From NCBI GenBank assembly GCA_002811645.1, contig PDIP01000007.1:1-64000 (forward strand): 64,000 bases of DNA, written 5' to 3'. This stretch comes from Corallochytrium limacisporum Hawaii. Lineage: Eukaryota; Protista; Pluriformea. Made by a program: the position numbers and the translations under genes. This document shows positions 31,439 through 43,444 of this stretch, in pieces. The notes below the pieces were generated by a model. That model made no database searches, had not been told where the DNA came from, and saw nothing but the letters and a program-made list of their open reading frames with translations. The number at the start of each line of letters is the position of its first letter. Within the stretch, counting starts at the first letter, position 1.

Positions 31439-32536
31439 TTAGAACTCCTTGAAGAGATGCTCGTAAGGGTCCTTGACCGCTGGTAATCCCTTGATCTGCT
31501 CCTCCGGGTAGCGGTCAAAGTTGGAGTGATCACCGTCACCACTGACCCTGGGCTTGACGGGAGGTGCAATCTTGCGGTCCAGTAGGTCCTGGAAGAACTC
31601 TGGTCCACCAAACCAGGGATGGCCCTTGATCACAGCAACCCCGCCCTTGATGTTACCATAACGCAGCGTTAGATCCGCAACGCAGAGCTTGGAAATTAGG
31701 TGCTTGGCCTCGTCATCCATGAACGACGGGTACCGAATCTTTCCCTTGAGAATCTTCTCGTAAATTCCGAGCGGGTTTTGGTCCACGAAAGGTGCACCCC
31801 CACACATCAGCTCGTAGGTGAGAATGCCCACGGCCCACCAATCGACGGCCGTACCGTATCCCTTGGACAGAATGATTTCCGGTGCCAAGTATTCCGGCGT
31901 TCCACACAGAGTCCATGTGCGGTTGGTCACACGCTTGGCAAAACCGAAATCGACCACACGCAAGTATCCAGAGCTGTCTAGGAGCAGGTTCTCCGGTTTC
32001 AGGTCTCTGTAGACAATGTCCAGGGAGTGGAGGTACTCAAAGGCCAGCACTACTTGGCCGACGTAGAAAGCTGCTGTCTTGGAATTGAAACGACCCTGGC
32101 GGTGGAGATGCGTGAACAGCTCACCACCGTTGACGTACTCTAGCACAATATAGAGGTTCCGTGTATCCTGCCAACAAGTGAAGTACTGAATGATGAAGGG
32201 GTGCTGGACTGCGGCAAGCATTGACTTCTCGCTCAGCGTATGTTCGACTTGCTTTGTCTTGACCACCCGATCCTTGCGGAGAATCTTGAGCGCAAAGTAA
32301 CTGGCTTTGTTCTCCGGGCGGCGGGCCAGCATGACCCTTCCGAAAGATCCCGTACCGAGCGTCCGCACCAAGTCCCAATTTTCAATGGACTCCTGCTTGT
32401 CGCTGAGAGTCATATTGAAGAAACGGTCCTCAAACTCCTCACGGCGCTTGAGTACTGAACTGTCTACATTGGAGTTGGCATAGGTCAAGGACGCAACCTT
32501 AGCGCCGGCACCCGCGGTTGCTACTGCGGCCGCCAT
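31439..32536 (-). CDS. cAMP-dependent protein kinase catalytic subunit
   Basis: LGTGSFGRV, YRDLKPEN, DFGFAK, RTWTLCGTPEYLAPE, NFDRYPEE, C-terminal FKEF. Reading frame stays open 51 codons upstream of the first ATG. Confidence 0.95.
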   Translation of the reverse strand: MAAAVATAGAGAKVASLTYANSNVDSSVLKRREEFEDRFFNMTLSDKQESIENWDLVRTLGTGSFGRVMLARRPENKASYFALKILRKDRVVKTKQVEHTLSEKSMLAAVQHPFIIQYFTCWQDTRNLYIVLEYVNGGELFTHLHRQGRFNSKTAAFYVGQVVLAFEYLHSLDIVYRDLKPENLLLDSSGYLRVVDFGFAKRVTNRTWTLCGTPEYLAPEIILSKGYGTAVDWWAVGILTYELMCGGAPFVDQNPLGIYEKILKGKIRYPSFMDDEAKHLISKLCVADLTLRYGNIKGGVAVIKGHPWFGGPEFFQDLLDRKIAPPVKPRVSGDGDHSNFDRYPEEQIKGLPAVKDPYEHLFKEF

Positions 32537-32797
32537 GTCTGTTGCACACTTCTTCAAGTCCTCTTTACTGGATTTGACGGATTCCGCGGATCCCTTGCCT
32601 TTGAATTTGTTCTTGAGGGCCTGAATGGTTACAGAGCCGTAGGGCTTTTTTCTAATGGATAACCTGGTACTACACCGGGTACGATGGGTCTAACTTGATT
32701 TGCAGCAGCACAGAGCAACAAATAGTTTTCCTTTGGTTGAGGACGGTCTAGGTGAGATCACTAGGTCCGTACCAAACAAAGGAAAAGATTTATAACC

Positions 32798-32989
32798 CTG
32801 TGGATACAAAGAAGAGAGACTCGTTAGAACCGAGAGTCACCTGGAGGTTATTCCCCTTAGGAAGGTCCGTTCTGCCTTCCCTAACAGAAACGTAGTACAG
32901 ATTGCCGAGCAAGGGAGCAGCTGTCTCTCCTCTCTTGCCCAGATCCGAACGGTTGTTGTTCTATCCCTTTTGGAACAAAGAAACCGTAC
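32798..32989 (-). other. Candidate spliceosomal intron in the PKA 5' leader
   Basis: AG|GTACGG donor; TTCTAAC branch point, pyrimidine tract GTCTCTCTTCTTTGTATCC and CAG|G acceptor. Confidence 0.55.
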
Positions 32990-35577
32990 CTAGTGCCAAT
33001 CGCTATTGATCACCTCTTCCGTCGTCTCCGGGTATGTACATGTGTCGCAGTAAAGCACGCCCCGAATTCGTTCTTCTCTTAGATGCAAGGAACTCCCGAC
33101 TGCGAGCGTATCCTTGTGATGTCTCTGGCCCATGTTTACTACCTGTCCTTCCGTAACATGTCCGACGGTGTCGGCTTCTGGGCCCTCATTAATTGCCTCC
33201 AGATAACACCAAAGACGACACACAAAGCCTAGCTGTTCAGTCAGCACAAATGAACCCAAAAAAAAATCCAAACATTTTTAGCAAAAACACCCAGAGCGAG
33301 ACCCTAACCAACGAAGTGTGTCATCGACGAAGGACCCGGGGGAGGGGGTGGGGGCTGTAAAGGAAAAGGGGAAGAAGGGGGGGAGAGAGAGACAGAGAGA
33401 GCGAGAGAGAGAGAGGAAGGAGGAAGCAGCAGGTAACAACTCAACCCCCCTTTTCGATTCTTCTCCACACACACACACACACACACAAAGCCCTCCCTCT
33501 TTCCTGCTGTTCTGCCCTCTACACACTCGCAAAATAATGAAGGGGAAATCGTAATTAGCGAACGAAGACAAAACCAAGGACACAAACATCTCCCTTGCAG
33601 TATCGGTTCACAATGTATATAGATTCATACCGCTTGCCGGGCTGGGACCTTTACCTTACCCCCGTCCCTTCCCCCCCTTCCCCCCGGGGGGAGGGCTTCG
33701 TTCTCCACCCGCGGCTCGCTACGCTCCCTCTCCCTTCCCGGATCCCCGGGTTGATGAGATGCCAGGCAGAATTTGAGGTCTCTCGGAAACTAACCACCGA
33801 GCAAATTGCCCAAAGCGGGAGAGAAAGAGAGATACAGAGCGCGACGGTCCCCCCCGGGGGGAGGGGGGAAGTCGCGGAAGGGGTTGCCACCCCCCCACGG
33901 GTCCGCCCGGGGGAGGGAACACAATGGAATCACTCCTGGAACACAAGAGAGAGAGAGAGAGACGGACCTCTGAATGGACAGGCCGACAAAGAGACACAAG
34001 AGAGAGGGAGAGAGAGAATGTGTATGTTGCATGCACACAAGGGAAAGTGAAGAAGACTAGTACGTACCACGCGGCTCCCAACCAACCAAAAGAAATTAAA
34101 GAAAAAATGAATGAGAGGAAAAGAGAGTGAGCGTTCGGTGTTCCAGAGACCCCGATGGAGATTTAAAGATAATACCTACCCCTCTCCCTTAGTGAAGGGA
34201 AGGAAGAAGCAAACAAATCAGCAAGCAAGGGTTAAAATAGCTGACGAAGTAATTACCGATTCCCGTTCCTTTTGTTTCGCGCTTTGTGTTCTTCGTATAT
34301 GCCCCCTAATCACTACGCCGCCCGGCCCACGTTTCGCCGCTCTGTCTCTCTCTCTCTCTAGACCCTTTCTTTTTGCTTTTCTAATTTTTTCATTTCCTTT
34401 CGTGAGCCCGTTCGGGCGAAAGGAGCGCCAGGAAGATATCACGAAAGAGAGGGCGGCGGGCGCGGGACAGGCAGCACTAATAAAGGCCACTTTGCTCTTA
34501 TACTTAATCCATTCATCATTTTTGTGCTCTTCCCGGCTTCTGGTTCTGGTGGTGGTGGTGGGGTGGGGGAGGCGGGACAAGCCAGCCGCCCAGACTTTTT
34601 GACTTTGCTTTTTAAGGCCCCAAAACACCCCAGCACAGCAAGCGCACGCAGCCCGCCCTCCCTCCCTTCCTCATTCTTCCGCTGTGCTCGCAGCGCGGCA
34701 CTTGGGGTGTTCTCTCAATTACCGCTGGCTGGGTGTGTCTGCGTTTGTCGCTGAGAAAACACTCTATTTTTTCCTTTACCAGTTCTTTTCTATTTTTTCC
34801 TTTCTTTATATTGACCACCCCCCCTTTTCACCGGAGTTTTTGTATTTTATTAGGAAGGTGGGGGGCTCTTGAGCTCGTCTCTCGATAATACCTTCTTCCC
34901 CTACTCTATGTATGGAGAAGGAGAGGAGGACAGGGGAAGGTAGAGGGAAGGCCCGAGGGGGGGAGAGAGAGAACCAAAAGAAACAAAAGGAATATTTAAA
35001 ACTAAAAAATGAAATAGAAAAAAGGAGAGAGAAACTCCGTCCGTACCTTAATTTGTCTTCCCGGCCGTTCTCATCGCCGCTGCCCTTTTACCGGGTCAAG
35101 GAGAGAGAGAGAGAGAGAGGTTTTTTATGAGAGGGAGTGGGTGTAGAGACCGTTCTGATCCTGGCGCCCATTACTCATTCATTCATTTCTTCTTCCCCCC
35201 TCCTTTTTTTTTTCTTATTTGGTTCATTCGTTCGTTATGAGAATTAGTTTCCCTTGCCCGCCCCAGGGTTATGGGCACATTCTTCACGGGTTACGTTCCG
35301 CGGCACAGGCCAAAGGACCCCAGGGAGATGATTGTACGATCGAATCACAAATGAAAAAAAGGAAATGCAAGAATATATACAATACAAGAAAAAACAAACA
35401 AATAAAGGAAAAAAAAGACCGTCAGGACGGAGGCGTTCCATCACACACACACTCCCCTTTTGATCCAAATCTGTCGCTGCTGCTGATAATCAGTGGTAGG
35501 TGACTAAGTTACACAAAACGCAACGAACCGCGATAAAACTTTCGTTCCCCTTCCCTGCCCTTCCCCTCCTGCCGTGT

Positions 35578-35608
<31 letters not shown>

Positions 35609-38600
35609 GTCTTCCTTAGTTTTTCCTTTTTTTCGTTTTTTTCCCGGAGGTACTCTTTGCATTCATTTTCTCCTTTTTTTACTTTTTGCTTCCTTCCTTG
35701 TTATTTGGTAGGCCGCGCTATTCGTGATCAGATCAGAGCGGGGCTTTCCACCATCCATCAATCAGCGCCAGGCACGTACACGCACACACGCACACACACG
35801 CACGCACTCAGCCGGGGAAGGGGGGGGAGCAGAACCATGCCCGGCTTTGCACAGCGCGCTGGTGGTGGGTGGTCAAGTGCTCTCCAGAAGTTGGGGAGGG
35901 GGGGGGGCGGTTGTCATAATGGAACCATTGGTACAGAGCCGCGCCCCATGCGCCCCCCCCCCCTTCCCCCTTCCCCCTTCCTGCCGACTACGCACAATCT
36001 CTCTCTGGTTTCTCTTGTGCGCCGGTGTCGTGTTTCGCTTGGGTGTGCGTGGGTGGGTGTGTCTCAGTATCGAATGTATGGATATCTTACGAACACTGGA
36101 CAAAGGAAAACAAACACACGGCCGGTGGCAGAAACGTTCGAAATGGAGAGCGCGAAGAGGGGTGGCAGGTAGAGGCACCCCGAACGAAGGTGAGCGCCCG
36201 GTAATATTAAATATACTGAGAAATTTGCGGTTTTCGGAGTCTCCGGAGCACTCCCTCCCACCCTTCGGCGGCTTCGCAAGGTCGTGTGATCAACCATTGC
36301 CTCATACTAAATGTATAGAAATAAGTCCCCACTCGGCGGCAAATGCGTCCGTATTCGAAAGCGATTGGGATATGTGGCCCATGCAGTGACATGCTGGCTG
36401 CGTATGAACCCGCTTGGCCAAACTTTTCTTCCTTCTCATTCCGTGTTTGGGGGACCACCCTTTTCTCTTCCGGTTGTTCTTTCGTGGTGTGGTGCCGCGA
36501 GCGGCCCGCCACCGAAAGGGACATCACCGAAAAAGGTTGGCAGTGATTTTTAGAGTTGAAACCCAAGTCGCCGATCTGCCCGCGCACGCACACAACAAAG
36601 GACACCAACGGTATGAAACAGAAAGGGACCAAAAGGAAGGAATGGAAGAGGAAGGGAGGGGGTGGAATGGAAGAGGAAGGACCCGGGAGGGGGGGGGGAG
36701 GGGAAGGAGCAAAGGAGGTGTTCAAGAACAACAAAGGAAAACCATAGGGAAATTGGAGAGTTGGATAGTAGAGGTAAGGGGGTGAAGCAGCAAAATTCCA
36801 ATTTTTTTGTTTCCTTATTTTTTTTTGGCATTTTTCTTGCCCGAGCTTTCAGTTATCTTTCAAGGCATTTTCCTCTTTCCCCGCTGGCTACCGTAGAGCC
36901 CATGCTTCGACACTGGTGCTTCCGTCTCTCTTTATTTCTCTCCCCTCTTTTTTTTCGCTCGCTACCGCGCCCGCTTACGGTGACCGGCGAGAGATTTTAG
37001 TTTGTTTGACTGTCCATTATACACACACCACTACCACTACTACCACCCCCTCCGGCTCTCCCCCACCCCGCCCCCGGGGAAGGGGGCTCCCGCTGAAGGA
37101 TAGCCGGGGGGGGGGTTGGGGGGGGGAAGGGGGGAGGGCCTGTTCCCCCCCCCCCTGGGTCCACTTCGTCCCTTCCTCCTTCTCCCCAGGGAACACAGAA
37201 TACACACGCTGGGATCAAATAGTGCCCAGTTGGGATGGGTTCCTGTGCGACACAGTTCCCGTTGCCGATGAACTTATACTATTGGTGTGTGGGAGGCCGG
37301 TTTATCTTTGTCTTGCCCCCGGTTTCCCTATATGTTCTGCCTGGAATTCTTGATATGGTGGTGCGTACAATAATGCGCTGAACGGGGCCTTGACCTGCCC
37401 AGTGAATATCGGTCCCCCATACAAGACACACCTCAGGGATTCGTACCGTGCTGGTTGGGTCCCGAAGGTCACACCAGAGTCAGCAGGTTGGCTTCGAACA
37501 CAACAAGTGGCGTAAACAGAACAATCCCGTTGGCCACTCCCGTACACATAGGCAATACCGCTCACACGTAAGCATTTTCCTTGCTATATGTGTGTGTGTG
37601 TGTGGGGATTGCAGGGACCCCTCGTTTGCCCCGTACACCAGTGGGCTGGCGAGGTTCTACAATCACCCAGACATTGAGGTGAAATTTCCGTAGGCGTAGA
37701 AGCGCATACTAGCGCATTCATTCCTAAATTGTCTGGCATGGTCAACACAACGTCATCCTGCTGAGTTACAATCGTCGGAAAGAAGCAGATGTGCTCACCT
37801 GAGGACTGATTTTGATCGCCAAGCTCGAGAGTTGATGCTTAGCTGGATCATCGTTCGTCGGAGTGTTCCTGTTCTGCTCGTGCTCGTCGTCCACCACGAT
37901 TAACCGAGGACACTCACGATGAGGTACAACCAGTGAAGCAAATGTCCCCTCCTGTCCGTGTTGTCCAGAGGACTTTGGAATGGGTACCGTTCGGCGACAC
38001 TGTCCTCGGTCATAGCACTAAGGATCACTGTGACTTGCGTTTGAGGACTGTGAGAGTGCTAGGGTGCGTGACTGATTGTTCATGGGTTGAGACTGCACCC
38101 CAACATGGCAGCATGAAGGCCGTGTGCAACAGATTGGTCATGCTCGGTAGAGCCCGACTGCAAAAGATGCGAAACGTCCATTCAGGCCACGGTCTCTTTC
38201 GGCTGCGCGATGGTACGTCTTACGCTGTGCGCAATGGATGAAGACATCGGGGAGGAGCCGGACGTGTGGCATCGCTCTGCCCGGCCACTGGGCCGCACTC
38301 TTGCCACTGTGGTTGGTGGTGGTGGTGGATGGGCCCCTGAGGGAACCGGGACCCCCGGCGTTTGGAACGCGACCCCGGCGAGCGGGGGAGAGCTTTCTGA
38401 GTTGCCCTGTAACTCAGAACGAGGAGGGCAGGGAAAGAAGAGTATGAGCTTCAGCTAGGAGGAAGGAACCCGTGTCGGGTTGTCGATTGAGAATCGCGCG
38501 AGGGCTGGCTTGGGTCCGGCTCCGGTAGTTAAATATAGACACGGAACGGGAAAGGGATCAATATATTCTAGTGATTGGACGACATGCGTGAACTTCATAG

Positions 38601-39044
38601 TCCGTACATTGAATCATATTCGCAATCGTCTAGTTGGGGGTCTAATTATTAGACAGCCCAAGCGGAAAGATTGGTCCCGTCCGCCGGTCTCCCCAGAGTT
38701 GGAAAGAAACAGAGACGGGGGAGGGGAAGCGGGCACTATTTTTAGGCGGGGGGTGGCACTTGCAACACTTGGCCGGTGTCGAGGCCATCAGTCAATGGTA
38801 GGGTGATGACAAACGTGGAGTGGCTGACGATTAGCTGAACCGCCCTGACTATGGTTCCCTGTACTGGGCTGAGTAAATGTGTGCATGCGACAGGGAGCGA
38901 GTGGCCTCTGGCAGGCAGAGAGCGACCGTCAGACCTACTTCAAACCAGAGGGAACAATACCATGGTACACCACAACGATCTGGGTCCCCAGGAGAAAGAA
39001 ACAGGACTATTTCTACAGATTGCTAGCTCAAAAACCGTCAAACA

Positions 39045-39797
39045 ATGAGGGGCATTAAGGGAAAGACTGCCGTTGTTACCGCAGGAACAGATGGCATTGG
39101 GTTTGCCGCTGCTGAGCGCCTGGCTGAACTCGGCGCCAAGGTCTTTGTGAGCAGTCGCAAGCAGAAGAACGTCGACCGGGCCGTGAAAGAGCTCAAGGAC
39201 AAAGGCTACGAAGCGGACGGTATTGTCTGCCATGTCGGCAAGTCGGACCACCGCAAGGCCATGATCGAAGCCTGCGTGAATAAGTATGGCAAGATCGATT
39301 TCCTGATCCTGAACGCCGGCGTAAACCCCGGTGTGATTCCTTTCATGGAAACTAGCGAGGAAATGTGGGACAAGATTTTTGACATCAACGTCAAGGCCCA
39401 GTTCCTGCTCGCCCGTGAAGCTCTGCCAGAGATGAACGATGGTGGTGCCATGGTCACTGTGAGCAGCACCAGCGGTTATATGTTGAGCCCCGCAATCGGA
39501 GCATACTCTGTGTCTAAAATGACCTTCGTGGGTCTGACCCGCATGCTAGCAATGTCTTGCGCAGACCGTCAAATCCGTGTCAACGGTGTAGCCCCTGGCG
39601 TGATCCGCACTCGCATGAGCAGTGTCTTCTGGAAGGATCCTGAAGCCGAGAAGGCCAGCGGGTCCCAAGCCTTCCTGCAGCGCATTGGTGAGCCGCACGA
39701 GATGGGTGGCACCATCGCATTCCTCTGCTCCGATGACGCCGGCTACATCAACGGTGAGACTATTGTGGCTAGCGGCGGTAGCCCTTCTCGCATGTGA
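39045..39797 (+). CDS. DHRS4: Peroxisomal short-chain dehydrogenase/reductase, DHRS4-like
   Basis: TAGTDGIG, VSSRKQKNVDRAV, CHVGK, YSVSK, C-terminal PTS1 SRM. Confidence 0.88.
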   Translation: MRGIKGKTAVVTAGTDGIGFAAAERLAELGAKVFVSSRKQKNVDRAVKELKDKGYEADGIVCHVGKSDHRKAMIEACVNKYGKIDFLILNAGVNPGVIPFMETSEEMWDKIFDINVKAQFLLAREALPEMNDGGAMVTVSSTSGYMLSPAIGAYSVSKMTFVGLTRMLAMSCADRQIRVNGVAPGVIRTRMSSVFWKDPEAEKASGSQAFLQRIGEPHEMGGTIAFLCSDDAGYINGETIVASGGSPSRM

Positions 39798-40410
39798 AGA
39801 GTTCTCTTACATCTATGGCGTAAAAGTTCATCAAACTCACTTACTCCATGTACTATTGGATTTTTTTGCATATGTATGAATACACAACACGTGCCTTACG
39901 TGATCCTCGATGGCATCGGTGGACTTCACTCAGGCGTGCGGACTCTCCACACCCGGAGATTTGGTGGGGGGGGTTGGGCCGGTACTTCCACCCAAGCCCA
40001 AGCCCCTCTCTACCTCCGGTGGTTTGGCTTCCCTTCCTCCTGCTCTCACTCTCTCTCTCTCTCCCCTCCCTCCCCTTTCTCTTGTTCACTGCATCGTTCG
40101 GGCTGCCACCCCGGGGACACCCTGAGACCCGCCGGACCCCCCCCCCGGTACACTCGCACTCCACGTGAGAGACAATTGGGTCAAGCCAGCTAAAGCTTTG
40201 GCGTTGAGCAGCTATTGAAAGATGCCTAGTCGGCAATTCAGAATCATTTTCACTAGGTTGTTTTATGTGGATATAAAGTGTGGATACAGGTATGAAGTTT
40301 CGGCAAGGTCATTGTCAAACATAGAGTTGAGGGATCTGTTCATTTGTGTGGCGTCCGCAATGTAAGCAACTTAGGAAGCAATTTCAGGCACACTGCATAG
40401 ACGAGCAGCC

Positions 40411-42036
40411 ATGGGAGAAGGCCAAGAGGACCAATGGCCGTTATACTGCTTTGTGTTTGCGGTGCATTTGTCACTGTCGACATTCCGTCTGCCGGAGTTC
40501 GTGTCGGTCTGCAAAGTCTACGGCATTGACTACGACTACGACAAGCGGTGTGTGGCCGATCTGGACCATTTGCCTGAGTACCATGATGAAAGGCCGTGTT
40601 TGTTCGTCAGACTTCCATCAGACGAGATTGCCAAAACAATCGGGGATAGAATCGTACTGTGTCGCTTCGTTATTCGAGTGTGGGGCCAGGGGCCTGACCT
40701 GTCAACAATGATCGCGGATCTGAAACGAACCGCAGATTCAGGGGTGCTGGAGGAGTTCCGTCAATCAAAGTTTAAGTTTCAGATCGGATTTCACAACAGC
40801 AAGGCGGGAAATACGGTCAAGAAGCAGCTTTTCAGCGATCTGACCTCTGTCCTGCCCCTGGAAGGCAAGATCTCTCTCACTGATCCCGACCTGCAGGTGG
40901 ACGTCTTCGTTGAGTTTCGGGATCCAAACAAGGAGCTCGACCCTGAAAAGCGGAAGATGCCCCTCCATGCCGTCTGCGGGCGTTGGCTGGTTGCAGGACG
41001 ACGTGATATTGGCGATCAGTTTAGTCTCAAGAAGCGTGCGTACATTCACACAACGTCTATGGATGCCGAAATCGCGGCTGTAATGGCTAACATGGGGTGC
41101 GTCAAGAACGGTGACCTCTGTTACGATCCCTACGTTGGGACCGCTGGCCTGCTGGTGGCCTGCGCCTATTTTGGTGGCAATGTCTTCGGCTCAGACATAG
41201 ATCCACGCGTTTTGCGCGGTGGCGAGAAGGATGACCCGGAGATCACCAAGCACCCCGACCGCAATGTCCTTGGCAACTTCCGCCAGTACGGCCTCACAGA
41301 TCGTGTTATTGATCTCTTTGTCTGTGATGGAGCGCAAGATCCCTTCCGGTCACAGGGACAGTCTTTAGATACTAGCAAAGCGCCACTTCTGCTTGATGCT
41401 ATTGTCACGGATCCACCGTATGGCATCCGCGAGGGCGCGCGCAAGATCGGGTTGCGACCTGGCAAGGAGTATGACTCGACCTGGTTCCGCAAGGAGGATC
41501 ACATTCCTATGACAGTACCATACCACTGGCGTGACATCCTTGAAGATCTGCTCCGGCTGGCAGTTAGGCATTTGGTTGTCGGGGGTCGTCTGGTCTACTT
41601 CCTACCCTACGATGTCGAGAACTTCAACCCGGCCCATGACATTCCGGGCCACGTCTCGCTGCGCCTCCTGCACACGTCTGTTCAGAAGCTAGCAGGTCAA
41701 TTTGCTCGCATGCTTGTGACCATGGAGAAGTTAGACGAAGCGGAGACGGAGAAGCACAGAAGCGCAATTGCTGCTGAGGAGGCTCCGCGCGTCGTTGCCA
41801 GCGATGGTATTGTCTGGGGCACAGACAGCGCCGCGTACGCCGTCGAGGATGAACACAAGCGCCATAGTCACGTCCGCAATGCCAAATTCTGGCACCCGGG
41901 CAAAGAAAGCCGCAAGGAAAAGAAGCAGAAGGCTCGTGAACGTCTGCTGCGACTCAGGGAAGAGATTGGCCATGACAAGGTTGACGTCGCTCGCTACGAC
42001 GCCAAGAACGAGGGCAAGAAGAAGTCGCAGACATGA
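40411..42036 (+). CDS. TRMT11: tRNA (guanine-10-N2)-methyltransferase
   Basis: FRLPEF, SLKKRAYIHTTSMDAE, YDPYVGT, GSDID, DAIVTDPPYGIRE. Confidence 0.93.
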   Translation: MGEGQEDQWPLYCFVFAVHLSLSTFRLPEFVSVCKVYGIDYDYDKRCVADLDHLPEYHDERPCLFVRLPSDEIAKTIGDRIVLCRFVIRVWGQGPDLSTMIADLKRTADSGVLEEFRQSKFKFQIGFHNSKAGNTVKKQLFSDLTSVLPLEGKISLTDPDLQVDVFVEFRDPNKELDPEKRKMPLHAVCGRWLVAGRRDIGDQFSLKKRAYIHTTSMDAEIAAVMANMGCVKNGDLCYDPYVGTAGLLVACAYFGGNVFGSDIDPRVLRGGEKDDPEITKHPDRNVLGNFRQYGLTDRVIDLFVCDGAQDPFRSQGQSLDTSKAPLLLDAIVTDPPYGIREGARKIGLRPGKEYDSTWFRKEDHIPMTVPYHWRDILEDLLRLAVRHLVVGGRLVYFLPYDVENFNPAHDIPGHVSLRLLHTSVQKLAGQFARMLVTMEKLDEAETEKHRSAIAAEEAPRVVASDGIVWGTDSAAYAVEDEHKRHSHVRNAKFWHPGKESRKEKKQKARERLLRLREEIGHDKVDVARYDAKNEGKKKSQT

Positions 42037-42109
42037 AAACTTGGCGATACATTTAACAACATAGGAACAACCACCACATTAAAAACTTCAGAATATTTAT
42101 TCCACGACT

Positions 42110-43015
42110 TTATGCACCCCACCTCAGGACGTCGTAATGTCCCGGACGGTACAACAAAAAGACATAGTCTTCGACCGACCGTGACCCTGAGGATCCTGAA
42201 CCGCCATCTCCGTTACTCTCGCTCCCTCCTAGCCCAAAGCGGTGGAACATGCGGTGCTCCTGCGGTGTCTTCTTCTCCCGTAGCGCAGAAATGGCACTGG
42301 GGTCGCCTAAATTGTTGCGACCGTCCAAGTAGCCCACAGCCAAAGGGACGCCGAGGCCCTGACTTAGGCTCAGCACCTGATACTCATCCGCGTCCACGCC
42401 CATCGGTTCCACCTCGGTCCCAACAAACGAGTCGATCGTCTGTGCGCCCAAGTAGCCCAGAAACATCTCCGCGTTGCTGCGCATGTACTCACTGACGAGC
42501 AGTCGAAGGAAAACGACGAGGTAATCGCTGTTGTCCTGGTCCTTCCACTGGGGATCGATTACTGTCGATCGCTCTGGGGACCGTGGCGCAGATCCTGAGC
42601 TGATTACGGCATCAAGAGAGCCATCAAATTCTTCCCAGAAATCAACGGTTGTGAACTCCGGGAAGTTGTGCACAGAGATCATCCGATCCTTTGCATCAGC
42701 TACCTTCTGCCTTAGGGTCGTCAACGACTCGACTGAGGCTGTGTAGAAGATTTCGTAACCGAACGCCCGGTAAAAGCAATTGCCATCACCGCGCACCTGA
42801 ACCCACGATTCGAAACCTAGACCGGTCAGTTCTTCCAACTGAAACGTGACGTCATCTTTACGTTCGTGGTCAGCAAAGTTGGCAATCAGAGATCCGGGGA
42901 ACGGCTGCACGACGCTCAGCAAGGCTTGGGACTCCCGTATCTCCTGCTCGATCTTCTCCTTTTGTTTAATTATATCTTCGTCAGTTGGTGGCTGTTCACC
43001 AGCTGCAGCTGTCAT
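42110..43015 (-). CDS. OTUB1: Otubain-family deubiquitinase (peptidase C65)
   Basis: VRGDGNCFYRAF, EVEPMG, LLYRPGHYDVL. Confidence 0.9.
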   Translation of the reverse strand: MTAAAGEQPPTDEDIIKQKEKIEQEIRESQALLSVVQPFPGSLIANFADHERKDDVTFQLEELTGLGFESWVQVRGDGNCFYRAFGYEIFYTASVESLTTLRQKVADAKDRMISVHNFPEFTTVDFWEEFDGSLDAVISSGSAPRSPERSTVIDPQWKDQDNSDYLVVFLRLLVSEYMRSNAEMFLGYLGAQTIDSFVGTEVEPMGVDADEYQVLSLSQGLGVPLAVGYLDGRNNLGDPSAISALREKKTPQEHRMFHRFGLGGSESNGDGGSGSSGSRSVEDYVFLLYRPGHYDVLRWGA

Positions 43016-43444
43016 GGTTGTCCTGTTTATAGATTCTTCCAGTTGCGTCCCTACGCAGAGTTCTCAGAGCATGGTATCCAATTTGCCCGCTTACCACAGC
43101 ACACCAATAGCTATACTAGTTGGGATTAAATTGCAACTTACTAAATGTGTCACGGGCACGCGTAGATGTGTATTTAGTACCATAATGTTGTCCCAAAGTA
43201 CTCACCGTCCGTACACCTGGATTTGTGTACCTTATCTGTGTTCGGATGATTCCCCGAAGGGGCGGAATCTATCAAATTTGCTTGGGCAGTGTGGCGCAGA
43301 GGGGAAGAGAGAAAAAAAAAAAGCCACTTCGGGAGGAGAGGCGCGGACTGGCTGGTGAGGGAGACGAGTTTGGGAACGACGGTGCATATGGATGCGTGAG
43401 CTCTGCTTGTCTGTATGTGTAATGGTGTTCCTATTCTTACATGT

